17,611 nt of DNA from Alphaproteobacteria bacterium (lineage in GTDB: Bacteria > Pseudomonadota > Alphaproteobacteria > UBA6615): the NCBI GenBank assembly GCA_965261975.1, contig CBDHEC010000030.1:1-17611 (forward strand), written 5' to 3'. Shown piece by piece: positions 1 to 11,132 of this stretch. A program made the translations under genes and the position numbers. The notes below the pieces were generated by a model. It was not told where the DNA came from and did not search any database. It worked only from the letters and a program-made list of their open reading frames with translations. Numbering within the stretch: the stretch's first letter is position 1; each line of letters starts with the position of its first letter.

Positions 1-525
1 GCGCTGCCCGGCGTGGGCGAGCCGCTGTCCTTGCATATCGAGACCCATGTCCGCGAGGATCATATTCATCTGTTCGGCTTTGCATCCGCGCGTGAACGAG
101 AGTGTTTCCGGATGCTGACCACCGTCCAGGGCGTCGGCGCCAAGGTCGGCCTGGGGATCTTGGGTACGCTGTCTGTCGATGATCTAACGACCGCGATTGT
201 GGCCGAAGACAAGGCGCTGCTCACCCGCGCGGACGGCGTGGGGCCGCGGCTGGCCGCGCGCCTGATGACCGAGTTGAAGGACAAAATACTGTTACTGAAC
301 GGTGAGTTCGCGCCGTCTCCAACGACGCCCGCGCCGACCGTGGCTGGTGCAGATTCCGAGGCGGCTGGAGACACGGTCTCGGCGGACGCAGTCTCGGCGC
401 TGGTCAATCTGGGCTACGGCCGTGCCGAGGCCTACGGCGCGGTTCAACGCGCGACCCAGGCCATCGGTGATGCATCCGATCTCGATCAGCTCATCCCGGC
501 CGCCCTCAAGGAGTTGAGCCAGTGA
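1..525 (+). CDS. ruvA: Holliday junction branch migration protein RuvA (5'-truncated by window edge)
   Basis: Frame is open from base 1. Contains HVRED..LFGF, the HhH motifs VQGVGAKVG and [11 protein letters not shown], and C-terminal domain III ([11 protein letters not shown]). Directly upstream of ruvB. Confidence 0.97.
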   Translation, partial: ALPGVGEPLSLHIETHVREDHIHLFGFASARERECFRMLTTVQGVGAKVGLGILGTLSVDDLTTAIVAEDKALLTRADGVGPRLAARLMTELKDKILLLNGEFAPSPTTPAPTVAGADSEAAGDTVSADAVSALVNLGYGRAEAYGAVQRATQAIGDASDLDQLIPAALKELSQ

Positions 526-1622
526 GCGACGGCGTCGAAGCTTCTCCCGCCGACCGATTGGTCGATCCGGCCATGCGGGACGACGACCGTGTCGATACGG
601 CCCTGCGCCCGCAGGATCTGGACGGGTTCATTGGCCAGATGGCGGTGCGCGAGAACCTGTCGGTGTTCATTGCCGCGGCAAGGCAACGCGGCGAGGCGAT
701 CGATCATGTGCTGTTTCACGGCCCGCCCGGTCTGGGCAAGACCACGCTGGCGCGGATCGTGTCCCAGGAGCTGGGGGTGGGATTCCGTGCCACGTCCGGG
801 CCGGTCATTACCAAGGCCGGAGACCTGGCGGCGGTTTTAACCAACCTGCAGCCGCGCGACGTGTTGTTCGTCGACGAAATTCACCGCCTCAACCCCGCGG
901 TCGAGGAAGTACTTTACCCCGCCATGGAAGACGGCGAGCTCGACTTGATCATCGGCGAGGGGCCGGCGGCGCGATCAGTGCGGATCGAATTGCCGCCGTT
1001 CACGCTCGTGGGCGCCACCACACGGCTCGGCCTGCTGACCACCCCGCTGCGCGAGCGTTTCGGCATCAGTCTTCGACTGGAGTTCTATACGCCCGAAGAC
1101 CTTGCGACGATCGTGCGCCGGGCTGCCACGCTGCTCGAGCTGGAGATGACCGAGGACGGGGCGACGGAGGTCGCCCGACGCGCCCGCGGCACACCGCGCA
1201 TTGCCGGGCGCCTGCTGCGGCGGGTGCGTGATTTCGCACTCGTGGAAAACAGTCTGCCGGTCGATCGCAAGGTTGCCGATCATGCCCTGTCGCGGCTCGA
1301 TGTGGATGACCGCGGGCTCGATACGATGGACCGACGCTACCTGCGGCACATCGCGGAAGTACATTTCGGGGGGCCGGTCGGCATCGATACGCTTGCCGCG
1401 GCACTCTCCGAGGAGCGCGATACGCTCGAGGATGTCGTTGAGCCCTATCTAATTCAGCAGGGATTCATCCAGCGTACGCCCCGGGGGCGGATGCTGACGC
1501 CGCACGCCTACGGGCATCTGGGGCTCGATGTTCCCAAAGGCGCCCAAGACGACCTTTTGTCCGGCCATACGGTTGCCACAAATGACGCCCAGACTCCTGG
1601 CGTTGAAGATGACGGAACGTGA
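522..1622 (+). CDS. ruvB: Holliday junction branch migration DNA helicase RuvB
   Basis: LRP..L..FIGQ, Walker [10 protein letters not shown], Walker [39 protein letters not shown]. The GTG start overlaps the ruvA stop (GTGA) and has SD AAGGAG at 508-513. Confidence 0.98.
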   Translation: MSDGVEASPADRLVDPAMRDDDRVDTALRPQDLDGFIGQMAVRENLSVFIAAARQRGEAIDHVLFHGPPGLGKTTLARIVSQELGVGFRATSGPVITKAGDLAAVLTNLQPRDVLFVDEIHRLNPAVEEVLYPAMEDGELDLIIGEGPAARSVRIELPPFTLVGATTRLGLLTTPLRERFGISLRLEFYTPEDLATIVRRAATLLELEMTEDGATEVARRARGTPRIAGRLLRRVRDFALVENSLPVDRKVADHALSRLDVDDRGLDTMDRRYLRHIAEVHFGGPVGIDTLAAALSEERDTLEDVVEPYLIQQGFIQRTPRGRMLTPHAYGHLGLDVPKGAQDDLLSGHTVATNDAQTPGVEDDGT

Positions 1623-1626
1623 AGCC

Positions 1627-2103
1627 ATGAACGGAAAGGCGACAGCGCACGCCAATGTTTCGGGATGGTTTGAAGGTGTCCGCCATGTTTATCCGGTGCG
1701 GGTTTATTACGAAGACACGGATGCGGCCGGGATCGTTTACCACGCCAATTACCTCCGATTTGCGGAGCGGGCGAGGACGGAGATGATGAGATGCCTGGGG
1801 ACCGAACACCGGTCGTTGATGCAAAGCGATGGCGTCGCATTTGCGGTGCGCAGCCTCGACACGGAATTTTTTCAGCCCGCGCGACTGGACGACGCGTTGA
1901 CGCTCGAAACCTGCGTCGACGCGGTGGGTGGTGCGAGCATGCACCTCACTCAAACCGTGATGGTACCCACGAAGGAAGAAGGGGACCCTGTCATGTTGGT
2001 GCAGATGGCCGTGCGGCTGGCATACATCGATGGGGGATTGCGGCCGGCACGGTTGCCGGGGCCGGTACGGGCCGCATTGACGGAATTAGTGAAAGCTCAA
2101 TGA
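1627..2103 (+). CDS. ybgC: Tol-Pal-associated acyl-CoA thioesterase (YbgC/4HBT hot-dog fold)
   Basis: Motif VRVYYEDTDAAGIVYHANYLRFAERARTE and the canonical position between ruvB and tolQ. Start is uncertain (ATG 1609 or 1627); the 1528 ORF start overlaps ruvB too far. Confidence 0.92.
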   Translation: MNGKATAHANVSGWFEGVRHVYPVRVYYEDTDAAGIVYHANYLRFAERARTEMMRCLGTEHRSLMQSDGVAFAVRSLDTEFFQPARLDDALTLETCVDAVGGASMHLTQTVMVPTKEEGDPVMLVQMAVRLAYIDGGLRPARLPGPVRAALTELVKAQ

Positions 2104-2165
2104 GCGCCGCGCCGGCCTGGACGCGGTCTCAAACGACAGAACAATAGCGAGAGGCATTTCGTTCC

Positions 2166-2897
2166 ATGGAATCTAATATTGTCGAAACGATCGCGGTGAC
2201 CGGGGGCGCCGGGATCGCAGATTTCTCAGTCTACGGGCTGTTTTTACGCTCCGACCTCGTCATCAAATTCGTCATGATTATCTTGTTCGTGGCCTCGTTC
2301 TGGTCATGGACGATCATCGTGGACAAGTGGATCAAGCTGCGTCGGTTGTCGACGGACGCGGCGCGATTCGAGGAAAATTTCTGGTCCGGCGGTTCGCTGG
2401 AGGAGCTCTATGAGCGTCTCGGCAACAAGCCGTCAGACCCCATGGCCGCAGTGTTTGCCGCGGCCATGTCCGAATGGCGACGAAGTTCGTCTCGAGGGCT
2501 GGCGGCGACGGATGCGTTGCGGGCCAACCTGCAGGAACGCATCGAACGGGTGATGGAGGTATCTCTGACCCGTGAAATGGAGCGCATCGAACGCTACATG
2601 GTCTTTCTGGCATCGGCCGGGGCGACGGCCCCGTTCATCGGCCTGTTCGGAACTGTGTGGGGCATCATGAACAGCTTCCAGGCGATTGCCGTGGCGAAGG
2701 ATACGAATCTCGCCGTGGTCGCGCCGGGTCTCGCGGAAGCGCTGTTCACGACGGCTATGGGCCTGATCGTCGCCATTCCGTCGGTGGCGGCTTACAACAA
2801 GTTCAGCTCCGATATGGGCCGATACTCCCAGCGGCTTGAGGGATTCGCCGCCGAATTCAGCGCCATCCTGTCGCGTCAGCTTGAGGAGTCGAAATAG
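2166..2897 (+). CDS. tolQ: Tol-Pal inner membrane motor subunit TolQ
   Basis: MotA/TolQ/ExbB motifs APFIGLFGTVWGIMNSF and VAPGLAEALFTTAMGL..AIP; SFWSW, FEENFWSG; tol operon context. Confidence 0.96.
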   Translation: MESNIVETIAVTGGAGIADFSVYGLFLRSDLVIKFVMIILFVASFWSWTIIVDKWIKLRRLSTDAARFEENFWSGGSLEELYERLGNKPSDPMAAVFAAAMSEWRRSSSRGLAATDALRANLQERIERVMEVSLTREMERIERYMVFLASAGATAPFIGLFGTVWGIMNSFQAIAVAKDTNLAVVAPGLAEALFTTAMGLIVAIPSVAAYNKFSSDMGRYSQRLEGFAAEFSAILSRQLEESK

Positions 2898-2899
2898 GC

Positions 2900-3346
2900 A
2901 TGGCGCTCAACTCAGACAGTATGCGGTTGCGCCGCCGCTTGCGCGGCGGGCCGATGACCGAAATCAACGTCGCGCCGTTCGTCGATGTGATGCTGGTGCT
3001 GGTCGTGATCTTCATGATCGCGGCACCATTGCTGACGGTCGGCGTGCCGGTGGATCTGCCGAAAGCCGCGGTGGACCCTCTCAATGAGGACAAGGAACCG
3101 CTCATCATCACCGTGGATGCGGAAGGCCGCGTTTATCTGCAGGAATCGGAGATCGAGGAGAATGTTCTCATTCCCCGCTTGGTGGCCGTCTCCGAAGCCA
3201 ACCCGGAACTGCGCGTTTTCGTGCGTGGTGACCGGGCGATCAACTACGGCCGCGTGATGGAAGTGATGGGAATGGTGTCCGAAGCGGGCTTCGCGAAAGT
3301 CGCGCTTATTGCCGAAGTTCCGATTCCGAACTCTCAGGCGCAGTAA
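2900..3346 (+). CDS. tolR: Tol-Pal motor subunit TolR
   Basis: EINVAPFVDVMLVLVVIFMIAAP with the conserved TM Asp, VDLP, and RGDRAINYGRVMEVM. Confidence 0.96.
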   Translation: MALNSDSMRLRRRLRGGPMTEINVAPFVDVMLVLVVIFMIAAPLLTVGVPVDLPKAAVDPLNEDKEPLIITVDAEGRVYLQESEIEENVLIPRLVAVSEANPELRVFVRGDRAINYGRVMEVMGMVSEAGFAKVALIAEVPIPNSQAQ

Positions 3347-3367
3347 CGGGACGGTTGGCGATCAGTC

Positions 3368-4258
3368 ATGCGGGTGAACTGGGCACAATTCAAAACGGCA
3401 GGCGCAACGTCGGCGGTAGTCCATTTGTCCGTTCTCGTCGTCGCCCAGTTTGGATTGCCGTTTTTGTTTTCCCCACCGGAGGTGACCGCGACAGTGATCC
3501 CCGTCGAGGTGGTGCGCATCGACGATGTGACACGCCCGCCCGCCGCTGCAACACCGGAGCCGGACCCCGAGCCGACCCGGACCGCGTCGCCACAGCCGCC
3601 GCCGAAGCCGCCCCAGCCCGTGCCCGAGCCGCCCCGGAAGGCGCCACCGGAAAAGAAGGTGGCCGCGCTCCCCGAGCCGGCGCCGCCGGCGGTCAAGCCC
3701 GCACCGCCCAAGGAAAAGACGCCCGAACCCAAACCCGATCCGGCGCCGCAGATCGCGAAGGTCCAGCCGAAGGCCAAACCGAAGCCGCCGGCGCCATCGC
3801 GGAGTTTCGACAACATCCTCAAGGATCTCGCGGCCGAGGAAAAACCGGTGAAGACCGCCGAGCGTGCGCGCAAGCCGGAGACGGTGCGCGAGAAGGGCAA
3901 GGAGGCCCCGCAACAATCGCAGATTGCCGAGCACGCGACGATTGCCGAACTCGACCTGCTGCGTCAGCTGATCCGCCAGCAGATCGGCCAATGTTGGAAT
4001 CCGCCGGTCGGCGCGCGCGACGCGGAAGACCTGATTGTCACGGTTCTGATCAGGGTCGATCCGCAGGGTGTCGTGCGCGAGGCCACGGTGGTTGATGCGC
4101 CATTGATGGGGCTCGATCGCTATTTCCAGGCAGCCGCCGAATCCGCGCGTCGCGCCGTATTGAATGACAGATGCCAGCCGCTGCAATTGCCGGCGGACAA
4201 GTACGAAATATGGAAAGAAATCCGTTTCAACTTCGACCCAAGTAAAATGTTGAGCTAG
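3368..4258 (+). CDS. tolA: TolA (TonB-like energy transducer)
   Basis: N-terminal TM with the S-x3-H motif (SAVVHL), a Pro/Lys/Glu-rich linker, and a C-terminal TonB/TolA-like domain (QIGQCWNPP...AAESARRAV..CQPL..P...YEIWKEI.FNFDP). Lies between tolR and tolB. Confidence 0.9.
   Translation: MRVNWAQFKTAGATSAVVHLSVLVVAQFGLPFLFSPPEVTATVIPVEVVRIDDVTRPPAAATPEPDPEPTRTASPQPPPKPPQPVPEPPRKAPPEKKVAALPEPAPPAVKPAPPKEKTPEPKPDPAPQIAKVQPKAKPKPPAPSRSFDNILKDLAAEEKPVKTAERARKPETVREKGKEAPQQSQIAEHATIAELDLLRQLIRQQIGQCWNPPVGARDAEDLIVTVLIRVDPQGVVREATVVDAPLMGLDRYFQAAAESARRAVLNDRCQPLQLPADKYEIWKEIRFNFDPSKMLS
3536..3796 (+). repeat. Low-complexity Pro-rich linker-coding region of tolA (PEP/PKP/PPK iterations)
   Basis: Iterated ccg/ccc-gag-ccg and ccg-aag-ccg codons. 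Imperfect and protein-level, not a clean DNA tandem repeat. Confidence 0.7.
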
Positions 4259-4261
4259 CTG

Positions 4262-5614
4262 ATGATGATGACTGCACCTTCGAAGCGTAACCTCTTTGCG
4301 GTCCTCGCCGTCCTGCTGTTCTCGGTATCGATGGCGCTGCCGGCGCGGGCCGAGCTGACGGTCGATATCACGCAAGGCAACATCGAGCCCCTTCCGATCG
4401 CGGTGCCGAACTTTATCGCGTCGGAAGATGTCGCACGCCGTTACAGCACAGATATTGCCCAGGTTATTTCCGACAATCTCGAGCGCTCCGGGCTGTTCCG
4501 GCCCATCGACAAGAAGGCATTCATTTCCCAGCCACAGAGCTTGGGTGTGAATCCCCGCTTTGCCAACTGGAAGCCATTGAACGCACAGGCGCTGGTCGTG
4601 GGTGAGGTCAATATCGAACCGAATGGCGCGCTGCGTGCCTCGTTTCGTCTCTGGGATGTATTTGCGGAAAACCAAATGACGGGGTTGAGCCTGACCACCA
4701 CCCAGGCGAACTGGCGCCGCGTGGCGCATATCATCTCGGACACGATTTACGAGCGGATCACCGGTGAGGCGGGCTACTTCGACACGCGCATTGTCTACAT
4801 CGCGGAAAACGGTCCGTCCGACCGCCGCGTGAAGCGCCTGTCGATCATGGACCAGGACGGTGCCAATCACCGGTTCCTGACCGACGGGAAAACACTGGTT
4901 CTGACACCCCGCTTCTCGCCGACCCAACAGGAAATCACCTACCTCGCTTATTTTAACGATCAACCGCGGGTCTATCTGTTCAACATCGACACCGGCGAGC
5001 AGGAGTTGCTCGGCGATTTCCCGGGCATGACCTTCGCACCGCGATTCTCGCCCGATGGTGACAGCGTCGTGATGAGCTTCGCGGAGGGCGGAAACTCCGA
5101 TATCTACGTGATGGATTTGCGCACGCGCCGGGTGCGACAGCTGACCGACAACCCGGCGATCGACACCGGCCCGTCCTACGCACCGGACGGCCGCAGGATC
5201 GTTTTCGAGTCCGATCGCGGTGGCAGTCAGCAACTCTATGTCATGAATGCCGATGGCAGTGGCCAACAGCGGATCAGCTTCGGCGACGGTCGCTATGGAA
5301 CACCGGTATGGTCGCCGCGCGGCGATCTGATTGCATTTACGAAGATATTCCGGGGAACGTTTCATATCGGGGTCATGCGTCCCGACGGCAGTGGTGAGCG
5401 TCTGTTGACCCGGGGTTTCCTGGTCGAGGGGCCGACCTGGGCGCCGAACGGCCGGGTGCTCATGTTCTTCCGGCAGGAAAAGAGTGACGCGCGCGGCCGC
5501 GGTGGCGACCCACGTCTGTTTTCAATCGATCTGACCGGCTTCAATGAACGCGAACTGGGAACTCCGGTGGGAGGATCGGACCCTGCATGGTCTCCGGGGC
5601 CTCTCCGCCAATAG
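4262..5614 (+). CDS. tolB: Tol-Pal beta-propeller protein TolB
   Basis: Signal peptide ending in ARA, TolB_N domain (PLPIAVP..., [27 protein letters not shown]), and repeated PD40 motifs ([31 protein letters not shown]). Three consecutive ATGs (4262/4265/4268) make the exact start ambiguous. Confidence 0.97.
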   Translation: MMMTAPSKRNLFAVLAVLLFSVSMALPARAELTVDITQGNIEPLPIAVPNFIASEDVARRYSTDIAQVISDNLERSGLFRPIDKKAFISQPQSLGVNPRFANWKPLNAQALVVGEVNIEPNGALRASFRLWDVFAENQMTGLSLTTTQANWRRVAHIISDTIYERITGEAGYFDTRIVYIAENGPSDRRVKRLSIMDQDGANHRFLTDGKTLVLTPRFSPTQQEITYLAYFNDQPRVYLFNIDTGEQELLGDFPGMTFAPRFSPDGDSVVMSFAEGGNSDIYVMDLRTRRVRQLTDNPAIDTGPSYAPDGRRIVFESDRGGSQQLYVMNADGSGQQRISFGDGRYGTPVWSPRGDLIAFTKIFRGTFHIGVMRPDGSGERLLTRGFLVEGPTWAPNGRVLMFFRQEKSDARGRGGDPRLFSIDLTGFNERELGTPVGGSDPAWSPGPLRQ

Positions 5615-5678
5615 TCTCAGAACGACGAAAGTGACTGAAAATACTTGTCAATTTGCGTGAATATCCAATCGCGGAAGC

Positions 5679-5707
5679 TTGATTCCACGAAAAACGCGAC
5701 GTATAGT
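5679..5707 (+). promoter_or_regulatory. Putative sigma70-type promoter for pal
   Basis: TTGATT (5679-5684), a 17-nt spacer, then TATAGT (5702-5707), in the AT-richer tolB-pal intergenic region. Confidence 0.65.
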
Positions 5708-5862
5708 CCGGCAGTCTGCGGGCATGCTTCTAGTGGGCCTGACTGCGGTTGCGCAATAATTCTGCACCGATAGGTGTGACGCACGATAACAAGTTGTTCC
5801 GAATACCGGGATTCCGCCAGAAGCGGCTTGTGATCGTGACAATTCGGCTTAAGGAGTCACCC

Positions 5863-6375
5863 ATGCGATTTAATATTCCCGGCCTGGTGGTAGCGGCCTT
5901 TGTTCTTGCCGCCTGTTCTTCAACGGGCGACGACAGTGCCAATACCGGTAGCACCGGCGCATCCAGCTCCGGCGGCGGCGATCAGACGGCCACGGCGCCG
6001 ACCGGTCCCAAGCCCGGCACGCAGCTGGATCTTGAGGTCAATGTCGGAGACCGCGTCTTCTTCGATTTCGACAAGTCGAACCTGTCGCCCGAATCCCGCA
6101 CCGCCATCGAGCGCTGGGCGGCCTGGCTCAAGACCTATCCCGCCAACAAGGTGGTTATCCAGGGCAACACTGACGAACGCGGCACGCGCGAATACAACCT
6201 GGCGCTGGGTGAGCGTCGTGCAGATTCCGCACGCGATTATCTGGTCTCCCTCGGTATCGACACGAACCGGGTGAAGATCGTCAGCTTCGGCAAGGAACGC
6301 CCCGCTGTCGTCGGTTCGAACGAACGTGCATGGGCGCAGAATCGCCGCGCGGTTATTGTGATCGACAACAACTAG
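5863..6375 (+). CDS. pal: Peptidoglycan-associated lipoprotein Pal
   Basis: SD AAGGAG at 5851-5856 before ATG 5863. Lipobox LAAC (Cys18) and an OmpA-like domain (VFFDFD, GNTDERGTREYNLALGERRA, SFGKERP, NRRA). Confidence 0.97.
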   Translation: MRFNIPGLVVAAFVLAACSSTGDDSANTGSTGASSSGGGDQTATAPTGPKPGTQLDLEVNVGDRVFFDFDKSNLSPESRTAIERWAAWLKTYPANKVVIQGNTDERGTREYNLALGERRADSARDYLVSLGIDTNRVKIVSFGKERPAVVGSNERAWAQNRRAVIVIDNN

Positions 6376-6401
6376 CGACCGCCAAGAATTTTCTAGACGA
6401 T

Positions 6402-6432
6402 GCGCCCCGGGTGATCCGGGGCGTTTTCGTTT
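6402..6432 (+). terminator. Rho-independent terminator after pal
   Basis: Stem GCGCCCCGG / CCGGGGCGT with a GTGAT loop, followed by TTTCGTTT, 26 nt after the pal stop. Confidence 0.8.
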
Positions 6433-6557
6433 GGCAGGGTGTTTTCGTCGCGGCGGGCGTCATGCCATAGTTTCGCCGAATTGGGTGGCGAGAGTTGCCG
6501 GGCGCCGAAGAGCCGCTGCTGCTTTTCCATCAATCATCATCAACGGACTGTGTCGTC

Positions 6558-7571
6558 ATGTTGAAGCCTTCTCGGATTTTTATGTCTGCCGGCCTCTCGT
6601 TGTTCCTCCTGGTACCGGGCGGCGCGGCGTTGGCCCAGTCGAACGACGTACGTGGTTTGGCCGATACCGTTTCGCGGTTGGAGCGGCAGCTGCAGGCGCT
6701 TGAGCGCAACGTCTATCGCGGTGCGCCGCCGCCCGCGACCGCCTCCCAGCCGTCCGCCGGCGGGTCGGCTCCGGCCGCGCCCTCGGGAACGGCCCTGTCC
6801 AACCTTCAGGTCACCACCGATGGGCTCGAAGAACAGCTGCGACGGCTCACGGGACAGGTCGAGCAGCTCGATTTTCAGGTTCGACAGATGAACCAGCGTA
6901 TGGATCGTCTCGTGTCGGACGTCGATTTTCGGCTTCAGGCACTAGAGCAGGGGACGGAGGCCGCAACGCCGACGGGCGCAACGCAACCCGTCGCGCCCGC
7001 CGCGCCGCGATCGCCCGGCGCCGTCACGGTTGAAACTGCCGGTGACCCGGGTGCACCCCGGGTATTTGGCACCCTGACCGAGACCCAGTTGCGCGCCGCT
7101 GGTGTCGAGACGGCACCGGTGGGCGAGCAGACCGCCAACGCAGGCGCTGCTGCGCAGGCACCATCGCCAACCGCATTGCCGGCCGGCAGTCCGCGCGATC
7201 AGTATGACTACGCATACAAGTTTCTGTTGCAGCGCGATTTCGAGAGTGCCGAGACGGCGCTTAGCGCATTCGTGACGGCGAACCCGGAAGATTCGCTCGC
7301 GGGGAACGCCCAGTACTGGCTGGGCGAAACCTTCTATGTCCGTGGCGATTATCCGACGGCCGCGCGCGCCTTCGCAGAAGGATTTCAGCGTTATCCCGAC
7401 AGCTCCAAGGCGCCGGATAATCTTTTGAAACTGGGCATGTCTCTGGCCCAGCTCGATCAGAGTGCGGATGCCTGCATCACCCTCAAGAAATTGCGGGTAG
7501 AATATCCCGACGCGCCGACAAGCATTGTTCAGCGTGCCGATCGGGAGATCGGCCGACTGCGGTGTCCGTAG
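6558..7571 (+). CDS. cpoB: Cell division coordinator CpoB (YbgF), TPR protein
   Basis: Signal peptide (ALA-Q), coiled coil LEEQLRRLTGQVEQL, and TPR region LAGNAQYWLGETFY...YPDSSKAPDNLLKLG. Follows pal. Start placed at ATG 6558. Confidence 0.92.
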   Translation: MLKPSRIFMSAGLSLFLLVPGGAALAQSNDVRGLADTVSRLERQLQALERNVYRGAPPPATASQPSAGGSAPAAPSGTALSNLQVTTDGLEEQLRRLTGQVEQLDFQVRQMNQRMDRLVSDVDFRLQALEQGTEAATPTGATQPVAPAAPRSPGAVTVETAGDPGAPRVFGTLTETQLRAAGVETAPVGEQTANAGAAAQAPSPTALPAGSPRDQYDYAYKFLLQRDFESAETALSAFVTANPEDSLAGNAQYWLGETFYVRGDYPTAARAFAEGFQRYPDSSKAPDNLLKLGMSLAQLDQSADACITLKKLRVEYPDAPTSIVQRADREIGRLRCP

Positions 7572-8953
7572 CCGCCGAGCTTGCGATTCCGGAATTGGCG
7601 GAACCCGCCGCTGGCGATGCAACGGCGCCGATCTGCGCGGAAGAATTCGCCGTTTGTATGCAACGCCTGGGTCCTTTCGAGGATGCGCCGCATGTGGCGG
7701 TCGGCGTTTCGGGCGGGCGTGACAGCCTTGCGCTCGTCCTGCTGGCCGCTGAATGGGCCGCTGCCCGCGATGGCCGGGTGACAGCGGTCACGATCGACCA
7801 TGGGCTGCGAACGGCATCTGCCGCCGAAGCCAGGCAGGTCTCTGCGTGGATGGCGCGACGGGGGATTCCGCATCACACCATCGAATGGCAGCGTTCTTCC
7901 GACCCCGGCGTGATGGGCACGTGTGCAAATGCGGGTGCCAGCGAGGCCGCCGCGCGATCCGCGCGATACGCGTTACTCGAGGAATTCTGCAGAGCGCAGA
8001 ACATTCTGCATTTGCTTGTTGGGCACCATCGACAAGACCAGCTGGAAACGCAGGCGATGCGTCTCGCGCGTTCAAGCGGCGCGTTCGGCCGGGCAGGAAT
8101 GGCAGCGGTGCGAGAACTGTCACATACAAGGGTTTTACGGCCTTTTCTCAACATCCCGCGTGCCCGGATTACCGATACTTTGCAGGCGCGGGCCCAGGCC
8201 TGGATCGAGGATCCGAGCAACCGGGACACGCGCTATGCCCGCGCGCGGATGCGTTCGGAGCAACAGGACGCCGACCCGGCCAATCCGGACCCTGAGATGG
8301 CACGGCAACGCGTCGCTCGCGAGCGCGAGGTCGCGCGTCTCGCGGCACGCGCGGTTGCGATTCATCCCGCCGGGTTTGCGACGCTCGACCCAACGCTGCT
8401 TGATACGGCAGATCGAGAAACGGCCGTTCGACTGATCGCCAATCTGGTGACGTGTATCGGCGGGCGGGACTATAGCCCGCGGGGAGCACGTCTCATCCGG
8501 CTCGCGGACCGCCTGATGGATGGCCAGCTGGGCAGCGGGACGACGCTCGGCGGCTGCATCGTGAAACCGGGCGGCCGCGGCAAGGTGCGTGTCTTTCGCG
8601 AGCAGGCGGCGATTGAACCGCCCCGCCATGTGCATGGCCTTCAAGCCGTGGAGTGGGACCGGCGATTTAAACTGGAGTTTGCCGCGACATATGCTGCGGA
8701 ACCGGCACCAAATGGGGTAACCAAGCTCGGTGCCGTCGGGTATTTTCTGGCGCATGGTGTGCCGATGCACCCGGATTCACCATGTTATGAGGCGCTTCCC
8801 CGCACCATTCGAATGACCTTGCCGGCGATTTCTCGTGACGGCTGTTTTCATGTCTGTGCGATGCCGTTTTCCGCGGAAACGCGACGTTTTGGGGTTAAAG
8901 CCCGATTTGCGCCCAGAAATCCGGTTGCCGGGACCGTTTTCGCAACGGCTTGA
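7562..8953 (+). CDS. tilS: tRNA(Ile)-lysidine synthetase
   Basis: PP-loop VGVSGGRDS, TIDHGLR, EAAARSARY, GHHRQDQLET, LRPFL, WIEDPSN. Sits in the usual cpoB-tilS-ftsH position. The GTG start overlapping cpoB is uncertain. Confidence 0.93.
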   Translation: MSVAAELAIPELAEPAAGDATAPICAEEFAVCMQRLGPFEDAPHVAVGVSGGRDSLALVLLAAEWAAARDGRVTAVTIDHGLRTASAAEARQVSAWMARRGIPHHTIEWQRSSDPGVMGTCANAGASEAAARSARYALLEEFCRAQNILHLLVGHHRQDQLETQAMRLARSSGAFGRAGMAAVRELSHTRVLRPFLNIPRARITDTLQARAQAWIEDPSNRDTRYARARMRSEQQDADPANPDPEMARQRVAREREVARLAARAVAIHPAGFATLDPTLLDTADRETAVRLIANLVTCIGGRDYSPRGARLIRLADRLMDGQLGSGTTLGGCIVKPGGRGKVRVFREQAAIEPPRHVHGLQAVEWDRRFKLEFAATYAAEPAPNGVTKLGAVGYFLAHGVPMHPDSPCYEALPRTIRMTLPAISRDGCFHVCAMPFSAETRRFGVKARFAPRNPVAGTVFATA

Positions 8954-9116
8954 TAATTATCACACTCCTATTATCGGCGTGATTTTCACATTGCCCTAGG
9001 GGGCTTGGAGCACCATGTTAGTGCTTGTAAATGTTCCAATGTAATTTGCAGTACGTACGGTCGCCGGGCAGGTTCGGCGACGCTGGTCCAGATGGTCAGT
9101 TGATCGGAGAAGGTCA

Positions 9117-11048
<1,932 letters not shown>

Positions 11049-11100
11049 TCGATTTCGAGGGCGCGGCAGATTCCACATAATTCGACCCAGACAGGCATTT

Positions 11101-11132
11101 CAGGGGCTTTCGCGGCGACGCGGAAGCCCCTG
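11101..11132 (+). other. 14-bp stem-loop with GCGA tetraloop between ftsH and folP
   Basis: CAGGGGCTTTCGCG-GCGA-CGCGGAAGCCCCTG (one G-U pair). No proper U tract follows, so its function is unresolved. Confidence 0.75.

Noticed and set aside
3362-5365. 667 aa minus-strand ORF
   Set aside because: Antisense shadow of tolA/tolB caused by GC-rich codon bias; no recognisable motifs.
5749-5862. 38 aa N-terminal extension of Pal in the ORF track
   Set aside because: ATG 5863 has a clear SD and gives a normal lipoprotein signal peptide.
8949-8972. CTTGAT...CCTATT as an RpoH-type promoter for ftsH
   Set aside because: The 12-nt spacer looks too short for the alphaproteobacterial RpoH consensus.
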